From: Takakia lepidozioides
Lineage: Eukaryota; Plantae; Bryophyta
DNA: 64,000 nucleotides
Assembly: GCA_030704615.1 (NCBI GenBank)
Contig: CM060734.1
Coordinates: 36,828,001-36,892,000 of the forward strand
Reading direction: 5' to 3'
In this document: positions 51,401-64,000 of the stretch, in pieces
Numbering within the stretch: position 1 is the first letter of the stretch
Layout: every line of letters starts with the position of its first letter
The notes under the pieces: model-generated
What the model was told of the DNA's origin: nothing
The model's input: only the letters and a program-made list of their open reading frames with translations
Database searches by the model: none
Made by a program: the position numbers and the translations under genes

Positions 51401-54400
51401 AGGCTTGGAAAGGGAAAAGTACAGTAGTTTGCGAAGAAAGATAGACGGAGACAGGGTCCACACCCGTATACTGACAGTGCGGACTGTGATAGCATTTTCA
51501 GTCATGTGCATCTTGAGTATGGCTTTAGTCTCCCAATTACTCCCTGGCTTGGCCGGTTCAATAATTCGAACTTCAAAATCCTCAGATGTAACAAGTTTCT
51601 GTCCATCCTCTCCGACAACGTTCTCTTGCTGATCCACATGGTGGCCACTGGATGTCTCACCTGTCAGAACTTGAGATGCTGACCGTGACACCTACAAGAA
51701 AACCATAATGCTGAATGTTCATAATGCCGAAAACCTGAAGGGACAACCTGGGATCTTGCAAAATTCAAATGATAATATTTTAAACTTTGACATATGTGCA
51801 AGTTGAAGTGCTTGCCATGATAAAATAAAGTGAAAAAGAGGACACCTAGACGTCACCTACATAGGAGTATTGAGTACTTACCGGAGTGGAGATGATAAGG
51901 GCATACAAATTGACATCTGCATGATATGCAACTTGATGGGGAGTACCACGAAGGGGAATCTGAAACCCCACCAACACCAATGTGAACTTTATGCAACACC
52001 GTGACATTGAGCTGTACATTATTTTCAATTATCTTTCACGCCTTAGCAAGCCAAGAAATGCGTACCCTGACAGGGTCACCATTCAGAGAAACATGACGAG
52101 TTCAACAAGATCAGGCCAGAGAGGTCCAGCCAACCACCTTCCAGCACACCATGAGAAAAGGAAATATGAAGCAGAAGCCCTAGAACAACAAGACAACACT
52201 CTCCTCTCCAGCCGTCAAGTGTGCCTTACAACCATTTAGGTTCGCTGGAGGAAAAGGCACTTCATAGACATGCAACTTGGGTCAAGGATGTGGACTATGC
52301 CTTTTGAACTGGCCAGTCATTGTCATACAGGAGGAGGGACGGTAATTGGCAAATCTTCAAGAGGCCCTGCAGAAGCATCCAGCTTCAGTGATCAAATACA
52401 CCATAATTACTTCAAACAGGTGGGTGCAGGTGAAACTATCTGTACTGTAATAGTAAAACTTTATTGACCTGCCCACTACCAAATGAAACAATGCAATTTC
52501 AACGAGTGCCACTTTGCAGGTGGAGGACCTAACCTGTGCTGTCACATAGATGAAGCCATGGTTGCAGTTTATATTGTGCAGAGGTGCAAAACCCAGTATC
52601 GCTCCATCACAGAACTGTCCATTCCAGACAAGCAAAATGCTGAGGATCTTCAGATTATGATGATTAAAGGATTCCAAGAACAGAAAAATGAGAAATCCAA
52701 TTCAGAATTCTTTCTAGAATCTGTGACAGATAGACTTCGAGAAAACATAAACCCTCACCTGAGGGTGTGTCCGGATTCTCTCCCGGCAAATCATCAGCCA
52801 GGTTGGTCGTGCTCCTGTCACAAACATACCCGGAAAAGAACCAACATTCCTGAAAGAAAAAAACCGCGGATCTATAGACCCTTCAGCCCCTTCCTCCTCC
52901 CCGCTGACCCAATCAATCGGTACCCGCACAAACCGCAAGCGTCCCAGCCTCAAGCTATCCTTCACATGTGCCATCCTGGTTCCTTCCCCAGATCCAACTA
53001 GTGCATCCCCTTGTGTACCAACTTCAAGTCCTTCATAGAAGTAGGCATGATAGCATAGCATTGTCCCATCAGACAAGATTGAGAGTAGGAAAGGACGCCC
53101 AAACTTCTCGCCCCAGCTTCCCAAGAAAACTTCAGTCACCAGTAGATTCGACCCAGCCTCTCGCAAAGCATCATCTATGTTGGTTTCATCCTCCTCAAGC
53201 CCGTCTCTCAGTGCTGCATTTAGTGACACCCTCTTCTCAGGTACCTTGTTATCCCAGAGGATGGACATCCCATAGTTGAAATTCTCAACGCAAAACACGC
53301 AGTGCACGTGTGGAAGCTCATAGATCTCAAGCCTCCCACTTTGCCGACAAACAATGCAGTACACAATACCCTGGTCAGTCGAGCTAGACTGCTGGTCCCT
53401 TTCTGACGGTTCGGTGGCCAGCTCCATCTCATTACTTGAGCATCGTAACCAGCCATTAGAGCCTCTGTCATGATATAGTGAACAAGCTGTAATGGGGTCT
53501 GTTGAAGAATTGAAACTGGATGGTGAAGAGATGGAAAGTGTACAACTTGTTGAATCTGTTGGAAAAGGGAAACTTGTTAGCTTTACCCTACTCAACTGAG
53601 AATGTCATGGAAGAGGGTCCATGATGAAGTTTGATACATACGCTTCTGAAAACACCTGTAATCATGACAACACTGGTTGCCACTCAGATGCTGATATTAA
53701 GTGCTTGTCCTTCAACATGATAAACTACAGAGGAGGGGAAATTAAGGCGAGGTAAGAAAGCAGATGCACAAACTGAAGTTACATAAAAGGCAACTCAGTT
53801 CCACATTCAAATAGTGGCAAAATGTTTGTTTCTTAACAATTAGCTTCGTCATTAAGCTAGACACTACACATCACGCCCTCATTCAACGTCATGCTAAACA
53901 CCTACCAACACATAACAGCAGGGGTTCTCTTCCCCACTTTCTATACCAAGCATCAAACTCCGCAAATCATCTCTTGATGTAGCTTATGTATACCATGTAA
54001 GATGACACTTAAAGCTTCCAACAACGTTACAGTAAATATTACAAACAATTGCATCCTCATGATTCTACAGCCAGATAAAAATGTTCGATTTTCAGACTAG
54101 AGTCCACTTTCTATACCAAGCATCAAACTCCGCAAATCATCTCTTGATGTAGCTTATGTATACCATGTAAGATGACACTTAAAGCTTCCAACAACGTTAC
54201 AGTAAATTTTAATTGCATCCTCATGATTCTACAGCCAGATAAAAATGTTCGGTTTTCAGACTAGAGTCATTTGTGCTCCATACTTCCACATGACCTGTTG
54301 AATGGATTACACTTGAGAATCACCTGAAGATACAGGAAATCAGAGAACTCTCTTACCTCCAACAACAAGCTGTAAACTGCCATCGGACATCTTGAGTACC

Positions 54401-57400
54401 ACAAATGGGTCTGCAATGGCTGCCCCAACTACAGTTGACTGGATGCCTCCATTTGTCTCTCGCTTTGGAGTCTCGATCGGCAAATCTTGGGTCATCGACG
54501 CTCCATCAAGCAGTCGCACTCCTCTTTCGTAGACCTGTAGCATGCGCCGCCTATACATGCAAGACCCTATGCTCACTAACCAGGGTTGAGTTTCAATGTA
54601 GGCAATCACACTGTCCTACTCAAACTCAATACTCCCCAAACCTGGGTGTGTGACAGTTGTACCCATAGCACCTCACCATATCATCCTTACAACTACCATG
54701 CATGAAAAATCAAGGAAAATTAAACCAAATTCAAACTGGCTTCAGTGCCTAGCATAGAAGTCCCCCACGTTCTTCCATTCCTAGGCTTTCCCCTGTTGTT
54801 AACAGCCCATGCTACCTGCCAAATAGGTTTCCTGTAGTGATGGTGGGGCCCTCTGTGAAGTACTCCACCGATTCAGTCACTTCTCCCAGCATGTCCCCAG
54901 TCTCAAGAACCTGCCATAAGGATAATGTGTGCTTCATTGGTAGACTCTGGAACCACTTAACCTTCCTAGTTTTGGAGAATACTATAGCTTCCTTCCTATT
55001 CTAAGCAGAATGCTAGGCAACGGTTGGAGCTAAGGTCACACCACTTACTAAACACTGTGCTGAAGATGGGATTAGAATCTCGTGGTTTTATACCCAGAAA
55101 GAAAGCTTGATAGATAGCATAGTCCTACACTAACACTTGTTCACAAAGATGTTGATTCTAACAAGAACCCCAAACACACAGCTCAGCAAGTCAGCATAAT
55201 GCTTTTCACTCTAGAGCAGCATTGCCCAAATGACTGTTCAACCTATCAAAAATAGGTATTACCATCGTTCGAGAACCCAGGCTGATAATGAGGTAAGCAT
55301 GAAACTCGTTGTCCTCAAAAGTTGCCACATCAGACTCCGATGCAACATGACGCTCTGCCTTGTGATATACAGTCCAGATCCCAGTACATCCTGGCAGCTC
55401 AACCTACAATTCAAAGTTTACCAAGCTTTCACCAACAGCTCCCTCACCTCATCTTTTCTCTCTCCCCTTCTAAACGAAATGGCTAAACACAGCTATAGTA
55501 TAATGAAACTAAACACAATCAAACGGGTTTGAAGCATCTTCACTTCCTCTCAGTATCATCCTAGCTGCAGAATGGAAGTCCATGCACAAATTACCTCTGT
55601 GATTAGCTCAGGACGAATTGACTGATGTAACACAGACAGACTCCCGTTCTTTCCATGTCCAGAGCAAGCTACCTGCAGGAACAGCCACACAACAATGTCG
55701 AAGGTGGGGAACAAACACCACGACAGACAGATGATGGTGGCTCCCTCACATTAGAGGACAATATCTGTAAAGAAAGCTGCGAGACCATCCCATATTGAAT
55801 GTGTTTCATGTCAAAGCACCATGGACAGAATCAGCAGGTGGCTGAAAAGAAAATAGGAGCAGAACTTTATAAAGTTCAGAGGCACCAAACAAACCCAGAC
55901 CAGCAAAACTTTGGTCGAAGACCAAACGCCTGGTGCAGGTAAGCTGGCAGACGACGAATGTCCTGCAGAACAATCATGCCTCTTGGCCAACCCAACAAAC
56001 AGAAACAGAACAAAAAAAATGGAAACATTGCCTAATATGACTGGCAACAATGAAAGAAGTGAGTTTAGAGGCCAAGGGTGCTAACTGACCAACCAGCTCA
56101 TAGTTGCTCTGTTTGTTGAGTCCAGAAGCAGACGAGTCGGAATTTGAGCGCATTCCATATGCAAAGTCTCTCAAAGGACCAATGTTCACAAGTGAATCTC
56201 GCACTGCAAAGGAGAATGTCTTACTCTGCACATGAAAGTTGTCACGGACCAGTTAATCAAGACATGGTTAGGTACTAAGCAAGGCTGGAGGTATAGGCTT
56301 CGAAAGACCTGATGAGAGTCTCTGGGACACGAGTGAGACACACAAGCTCCACTTAAGAACCAAGACTGAGAACATAGGATTATATGTGAATGAGAGTAGT
56401 CCTCTGAAAGTAGCATGAACTCAAGGTTGGGTGGATATCTTTCTCAGACGTTGCTTAAGGGTCTGAGTTCACTATATGAAGACTTGAATGTGACATTAGG
56501 TTAGTCCACCCATGCCTTAGGACTTGAGCGTAGAGGAAGCTGGTGAATCTTGAAACATTGCAGATTTGATGTTCCGTCCTGATCCTATTGCAAAAAGTAG
56601 CCCAAGGGCAATACCCTTTCTTGAAAAACCTTTAAAATCACTTTCTCTATCTCGGGCCCACATAAACAGATGACTGTCAGGCATTGACAAACTGTCACCT
56701 ATGACCAGCTTTTCACCAGTCAACGCTCAGCCATCTTGGACTGCAGATAAACATCCATACAAGGTTTAACAAGACGTGGAGCACATAGCCTGTCGCAGTC
56801 CCCGAGGATTCCCCGAATACAAAGGGGGTATTTCTCCACTTGCTATCCAAAGGCCTAACCCTTGGCATTTGCCATTCTGACTGTTTCTTTGCTTCATCAT
56901 CAGTCTTCTACTATTCTCTTCCACTATTCCTAACCAGGTCATAACCTATCCCATTCATTATCTCTCCAAGCCATAGAAACACAACACGAGATTTTTCCTT
57001 ACAAATATGTGAGTTGGACCAGCCTCATGCACAGTCTAGTCACAAAGGTGTCACTATCATGAGTTTCAGAAACATTGGAACCACTACCCAGTTCAACTTC
57101 AACTTTGATCAAGATCAAGATCGTAAGACAAGTTCAGAAGTACAGATAGCCCACTGGCCAGGGCACAGAACCACTTTGCAAGTGGTTGTCTGTTCCAAAC
57201 CACATAGGCATATGTTGGTCGTCATGCATCACAGCCCACCCAGCTATAAAACGGGGGTCATTGGGTCAAACGGTCATCTAATGTGCGGATAGCTCGAGGC
57301 TTTGTGGTCCTTCTTGTAAGGTTGGGGTAACCACACTACCCAAGGTGTCAACCTTCCACACTCAGGAAAGTAGCCCCTTGGGGTGAAGAGTTCATAATTT

Positions 57401-60400
57401 TATGCTTTCTTTGGCAGGAGTCCATGTTTTTTCACCTAGACTTGAAAGGGATCTACCAGTATAGTACCTTGGAAAATCCAGAGGCGGTGGGAGACGAATA
57501 GTAAAGCGACATTTCCTCGGCACTCACACCATCTTGGGAAGTGTCAAACGATGTTTGCTTCAACCTTTTTGCTGGCGGGGCTGTTACTTCTCCCTCAATA
57601 TCACCCTGCTGCTTAAAAAACACATCAAGAGTTATGGTTGGTCAGAAACTGTAATTCACATGTTTGTATTGTCTGTAAACCAAGCCAAGATAAAGCCAAA
57701 ATTTAGAAGCAGTTTTGCTTTCATCACTTAGCTGGAATGCAAAAGGAAACTCAATGCGATACTGTGGTATATTGAAAACAACCAGTCCAAATCAAGTATC
57801 ACCTCCTCTCTACCAGGTTTGAAGTTGAAACCAGGCATTCCTGCGGAAGCAGTCCCAGATGTGTACTGGACCAAAAGGCTGTCTGCGAGGCGGCTCCCAA
57901 GAAAGAAAAATTTACCTCCAATGGTGCACATACACTACACCACAAAAGAAAACTGATTAGTATTTTTGTGATTGCCAAATAAGTCACACGCTGAACTTAA
58001 GCAAGTTCTAGAAAAAAACAAAATGCAACATCAGAAGTTAGGAACATCTTGAGCCCCCTTCTATACTTCTGGAAGTCTCTATGAAACGATATGGTACACT
58101 AAAAATATTTGTGAATGCTCAAACAGACCTCCAGGTAAGGTACCTTAAAATTCACCTTTTGTCAGTGCATTAGGCACATACATGTATAAATGTGTGTAAA
58201 CATGAGATAGTCAACTCTGATCTCACATTGTAACTACAGATTAAATGAGATAGCAACATCCAAGGTAAAGAAGAGTTTTCAAACATGAATCAAACGCAGA
58301 AGGACAAATAAGAAGGGTATTGACACGCAAGAAGAGCAATAAAAACGGAAGGAAACCAGACAGACTGCTGTCTCATACTTTCAAAAGTCATTATAAGAGT
58401 TCAACAAAAATCAACTATACCCTCTATTACGGGGACCAGCTCTTGTAACTCCCCACTGACTCCATCAATCAGAGGGTGGAGACATACTGAGTGTGTGTCA
58501 ACATGGGAAGACACACCCAAGACAAGGTTGTAGTCATTAAAATCAAAGAAAATTTCAGATCTACACGTAAATAGGAAGATAGACAGACAGAACAAACCTA
58601 ACCTACACAAGTGGGCAGAAGAACGCTCCCCACTCAAGACATGAAATAATTTCAATAACACCACATGAGAGAAGACTAGGGATGTTGTGTTGCAAGGATG
58701 GTTCCAGCAAGAAAAGACCCAGGCCCTGAGACAGGGAGTGTCTGGCAAAAGGAAGCAGGAGGTTACCGAGGCCAAAACAGACGCCTTTGACTTGGACAGC
58801 TCTAACATCTGCACTGTTCTGCAAACCGAAACAAGTATATGCAATTAAGAGAATTCCAGCAAACACCAATGGTACGAAACTCGATGGAATATCCCTCCAA
58901 TATCCTCTTACTCTGGGGCCAGTGAGGAAGAGATATTGTCTCGTGTAAGCTGGCTTTTCACCTGATTCTTAGTGAAATCTGGGATAGTTTCAGTCCTAGG
59001 AGATTTGTCTGTTGCATCTATGTTGCATTTATCTATGTCAAATGAATTTCCCAGAAAACAGCTTTGACAGCAAATTTGGCTTCTGTAGTTGTCAGATTAC
59101 CATGTCCTTGGTTCTGTAAAAGTATCCAGTTCCAAGGCACTGAGGTTCCTCTCATCCTCTTTCTCCATTTTTCTTATGAAGAGTCTTTAGGTTGGCACGT
59201 TTGGATTTATCTCCTGCTTCTCTGGAAGTACAACTCCATTTGCTTGATCATCTGCTATCACAAGCCATGAACCTCACAGAACTTTCTACTGTACCAACCT
59301 GCTGGTCACTATGGACAAACACAACATTTATGGTACATTCATGATTACAACTCTTTCAAGGCCAACGCCCTGATCCAGAACTGGATAGCATACAAAACTA
59401 AAGGTGGAGAAAAGCGATCACCTTCCATCATATACAAGAGAGAGAAGCAGCAAATTGCCAGTTTTAGTTGACAAGAGGGCCACATCATCTGAGACCCATG
59501 TCGCACGAGCCGTGTCAAGCTCGACAGTGATTTTGGACCGTGGCAACTCCGGGCTGAAACAAAAACCTGAAGTTCAGTTTTCTTTGGAGTACCTCACTAC
59601 AATTGTCCCATGCAAGTAGGTACCTCCTAGTTTCTTTCTAGCAGAACTTTGAAACAGAAAACTGGAGGATGGCAATGCTGACCTGCCTTCTGGTGCCACA
59701 GCAAATTCATTCAAAGCAAGAGCGCACGAGGTTGACTGCCATCATCGGACCCATGCCAATCGCATTGATGAAGATTGCATTAGGCGACATGTAATCTACT
59801 AACCAACTATTAACAACGCCCTAGAAGAAAGTAATGGATGAGAGAGAAATAAAAATGGACTCATCAATTCAAGTAAAGAGACAGCGGCATGTGAAGAAAC
59901 AGCCTTGTGCACTGGAGCAAGTGACAAACGTGAACAAAAATATAAAACGTGATTCAAAGGATTGAAAAGACATTTGACGACAGCCAAGAGCAGCAGCTAC
60001 CTGACTGTAGTAATAGATAATATTCGCAGAGAAAACCAGCACACCACCAATGGGAGAGGGAACAGCCAGTAGCTTGTAGGCATCCAATGGCAAACTCTGG
60101 CCAAGCAGCACAGTCCAGATGTGTAAGCTTGGGCTCAAGTCACCAACTATGTAATATGCATCCTTCTTTTTCTAGCTAGAGAACACCAGATGACCCAATG
60201 ACACCGCTACAGCTAATAAGCAGGAAGTATTCAGCTCCTTACACACTTTTTTATGTTTTCTTGCCATGAGTAATGCAGTTTAGTCCTCTTTATCAATTCC
60301 TCTCCATTCCACCAAAGCAACAAAGTCACTTGTCTAAATTAACAGGAAAGAGTATTGGGGGTTCATGTACTGATCCAATACAGCAGCAGACCAACTCCAG

Positions 60401-63356
60401 GAGATGTGCTATAAGTCCTCTTACTGTCTGAGGACCTCAGCATTCCCACGAACCACTTAATCCCCAACATAAAGTTCTACATATCTATGTGGATGGTAGT
60501 CTCTATCAAGACAAGACATTTCCTCATACATGAAAGGCCATTTCATTTTATAGAAATGGCAACAGAGTCCTCCTCCTGCATATGAATTGCATTCACTTCA
60601 TACACAAAGAGCATTGACCTCAGCACACTCAATCATTCAGAGACCACATAATAATGCCCCGAGGGTCTATACAACATACAGTTACATGATGCCCACATGA
60701 CAGGACATACTCCAAATTAAGAAATTTGAGACCTGGCAAGATCATCACCCTGCAGACCATGTCAGATACAGATGCATTTCGAATTGTGGGAAAGAGATAC
60801 CCATACGCACAATGGCAGACCAGATGAGAGGATGTTGATGAAGTGTGGTATTGATGCTGAGAGCAGTCATGGCACACGTGTGCCGTCTCACAGCCACCCG
60901 TCCCACCCATGTGGGGTCTTTCTCATGAAGCACAACGATGACGGGCTCTATGTAACCTGTTTTCACAGCAGATGTTAAGAACTTTACACAAATACACTGT
61001 TAATGCCAAATGTTGATAAAATCTAGTGATAACCAGAATCCAAGACACCAGTACGAGCCCCACGCAACTAAGGTGTCACATCACATATTTTCGACTACTT
61101 ACGAACCTCACAAAAACAAGCTCACAAACTGTTGATCCTCAGGAGGAGCTGGCAGAAACTGGAAATGCAGGATAGAACCCCATGTATCACAGTTTTTATT
61201 TGCAAGGCTGTCCAACCCTGACACTGTATCCTCTTTAACTACTATCCCAAAAGAATGTGGCTGCACTCCCCCAAGTCAGCCTGGATTCTCACGAGAGCAG
61301 TCCCAGTCCCCACAATTTCTAATGATTAGGCTCTGAATTGAAGCTTCCGTTGGTATAAGGAACATAGCTTGGTGCCTGCACAATTCATGGCAATATGGAC
61401 ATAGCAGCAGGTTGTCATTTTTTTACACAATTCTGTGATTTGACTGAGTGAAGTCTTTCACTACCTTCAGGGAATCCCAAGAAAGTAGAGGAAGTGAGAG
61501 ATGGCTTGCCATGTAGGAAGACAAAGTCCTTAATGTGTTTCATGTCCATGTCATGCAGATTCACGATATACGATGATTCGATATGTGCACCAAACATGCC
61601 CCTAACGTTTGGACCTTCTTCCTCTTCCCCTAGACCATACCCCACCTGCAAGATTACAACCAAATCACTTTCAGTCCTCTGAAAAATGTGTTTTCTACCA
61701 TGCACATGTAATTTCACAAAGAAGACAGCAGACCATTGTGTCAGAGGAACACCTGTACACACTCATGCTTGCAAATTTGCAAGAGGGGCTGTCTTAAACT
61801 TGTGAGAGAGAATTGCATTTGATGAAACCTGTCCAAACATTATTTGTGGGAGAGAATTGTCATTTGACATAATGAAGAATACTTTCTGCAACCATATTAC
61901 CGTATAGATCGATTTACAGCCTTCTACAAGGACCGGCACTAACCTGTGCGGCTTTCAGAAGGACCATCTGAGAATTATATACCAGGACACCTGCACACCG
62001 ACCTTGTGGATCAGCTCGCACCAATGGTCCACGGGCAAACCTCTCACACCCTCGCTTCAAGTGCTGCCACTTTGGCCCCTCGAAATAATGCAATGAGCTG
62101 TCGTGACAACCAAAAACAGCTTAGTTTTGAATCAATTTAGAGGTTACAGTTCAGGCCTTTAGACGTCTACTAATGTCTGCCATCCACAGAAACAATTCAG
62201 ATATTGGTTGGATTTTTAAAAATGGATGTTACAGGGATACCCATCTCTCTCCCCCTACAATTCACCAGCTACCACCATTACTGTGACTGTCAGATTTATG
62301 GCTGTGTTGTTGAGCCATTGTCATCCTCTGAAGGATACATTTGGGCCGCAGCATGTTATATAATGCTACATCAATCCAGTTATATGAGGATCTCCGGCGG
62401 ACTAGTGACTATGACTAGAAAGTCATGCCCAGGTGCTTAAAAAGCCCATAGTCTGCTCCAGAAGGATTGTCCCCAGCTAAACCTGCATATACAAGATATT
62501 GAAATCCCACCCTATGTAGGGAAGGTAGAACTACTTGTTTGTCTCCAGGTGGGGACCCAGACACACACGAACTGGGCGATAAGTATGGAACTCCATGTAC
62601 TATAATAGAAAGCTGCAGATGGGGTGGTGAAATCAGACATTAAAGTGATTCCCACAGATTTACCTGGTACAGAGGCCATGTATTGAGTCATCGAATTCAA
62701 GAACAGAAACTTTGGCGTCACGAAAAGCAAGCACAATGGCATCACGAAGTCTCCGTCCTTCATCGCGTCGATGCGACAAGACTGCCATGCTCTCCACGTT
62801 CCCATGCAATCTGTGAAAACACAATGCACAGGAACATGGTACAATTTGAGAAATGGAACATTGTATACAGTGAGAGGAGTGAATAGATTGGCCCTTACTG
62901 ACAGCCTAAAACCCTAGGGTTTTCAGTGAATAAACTTTTACACATGTAATGCTGAAGTGCTCATCAGGAAACAAACCTGTAATGACAGACCAGTTCAAGT
63001 TTGACAGAAAAAAGGCCATCCATGAGGCCACCCCGTGGAGCCGACTCCGGGTTAGCTGCTCCCTGATTGGCGCCATTGTCACTCCTCTCATCCCCTTCAA
63101 GCATACGAACATGGAAAACTTCGATAACGTTTCCTTTGGTGATTACTAGGTTAGGCGGGAGTCCACCCCCTGACCCACCCTCCTTCACGGCAGAGCTGCT
63201 GCCCCAGTACCCAACCCCGCCACCAAACTCTGGGCCGCTGCTAACTACAGCAGCCTTGTCGATATCAGCGTCCCCCGCACAGTGCGTGAGGTAAGCAGCT
63301 GCACATGTCTCGACTCCCGTAGGAGCATGTACCATTTTGAACGCGGCATAGCTCAT
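48476..63356 (-). CDS. CPSF160: Cleavage and polyadenylation specificity factor subunit 1 (160 kDa), multi-exon
   Basis: Start MSYAAFKMVHAPTGVETC, then PNLVITKGNVIEVF, GYIEPVIVVLHE, FFFLGSRLADSLLVQ, DSLVNIGPLRDF, GTAYVQGEDVAAKGRI, FVLFGDIHKSIYFL and the end DLALSTSFL-stop. The exons inspected splice in frame. Confidence 0.96.
53934..54267. repeat. Recent tandem duplication (170 bp + 164 bp) in a CPSF160 intron
   Basis: CCACTTTCTATACCAAGCATC...CAGACTAGAGT occurs at 53934-54103 and 54104-54267, nearly identical apart from one small indel patch and one substitution. Confidence 0.95.
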
Positions 63357-63557
63357 TTCTTGTACACCAATCAAAAGAACTACAGAGACAGAAACAGAGA
63401 GAATGTGTTGGCGTACGTTAGAGCCAATTCAGAGAAACTGGCAGGGCCCCAGACAGCAGGCAAGCTCTAGGCCAAACATGGATAGGCACACGCACATATC
63501 CTTTCCTCGCTATCGATACTCCTATCTACTATCAACACGGCTCCAGCATGGTGACGT

Positions 63558-63574
63558 GGGTTTAGGGTTTAGGG
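63558..63574 (-). promoter_or_regulatory. Telo-box-like motif upstream of CPSF160
   Basis: GGGTTTAGGGTTTAGGG (contains AAACCCTA on the minus strand) about 200 bp upstream of the ATG, next to TGACGTGG. Confidence 0.45.
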
Positions 63575-63654
63575 CTCAAACCAACTGTTCCACGATTTTT
63601 TTTTTTTAAATAAAAATAATTGTTTTTGTTTTGTTCAAGGCCCTCCCCGGCCGG

Positions 63655-63835
63655 GTTTCTCTGCTCCTTACCATAACTAGGTGGGCACTGACCATGAGTA
63701 AGGTAGTATCTGATTGGCCACTGCCAATCTAACCATTCATCTGCACTTCCTTGCACCTCCATTACAAATAAACTCGCATCAGGTAACTGATCGTCTATTC
63801 CTGTGGCGGCTTCTCCTGTTGTTACTGATTTGAAG
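63655..63835 (-). mobile_element. Ty3/Gypsy pol fragment (RNase H-integrase linker)
   Basis: TGEAATGIDDQLPDASLF..W..IRYYLTHGQCPPSYGKEQR resembles the segment that follows RNase H in plant Gypsy pol. Confidence 0.65.
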
Positions 63836-64000
63836 GGGACCAATTTTAGTTAGTTCAGGACAAGTGTAGATGGAATATTTCATCCATGTTTACAGATGAA
63901 CATTCAAAAAATTATAGCGATTTATTCTCTTCTTCTGTCTTTCTTTTCTCCTTGAAATATTTTCTTCTTCTAGTATTTTTTTTTTTTCCTTTTTCCTTTA

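Overview
Eukaryotic, intron-rich nuclear DNA from a land plant, most likely a non-seed plant (inferred from the gene and transposon families; the species cannot be named from the sequence). Five intact host genes can be spliced or read directly: a ZIP2/ZIP11-type metal transporter (506-2600 +), an HDDC2-type HD-domain nucleotidase (8191-15980 +, with a TSD-flanked RTE-group LINE in intron 3), an intronless F-group bZIP19/23-type zinc sensor (18421-19260 +), a GDPD1-type glycerophosphodiester phosphodiesterase (44645-40949 -, with three P1BS boxes upstream) and CPSF160 (63356-48476 -). A decayed PLS-DYW PPR gene lies at about 4965-6840. The 21.9-40.7 kb interval is a nested transposon island: tRNA-derived SINEs, an endonuclease-bearing Helitron remnant, a Copia 5' end, an FCP1-like pseudogene with a cryptic tandem module, a piggyBac transposase and a MITE. 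The standout is a TSD- and TIR-bounded Mutator-like element (28619-34833). Beside its DDE/SWIM transposase it carries a divergent, spliced second gene whose product looks like a ParB/Srx-like domain fused to a bacterial-type N6-adenine/N4-cytosine DNA methyltransferase fold, plus an array of 30-bp palindromes between the two genes. This copy is pseudogenised, and the domain calls rest on motif recognition by eye, not on a database search.
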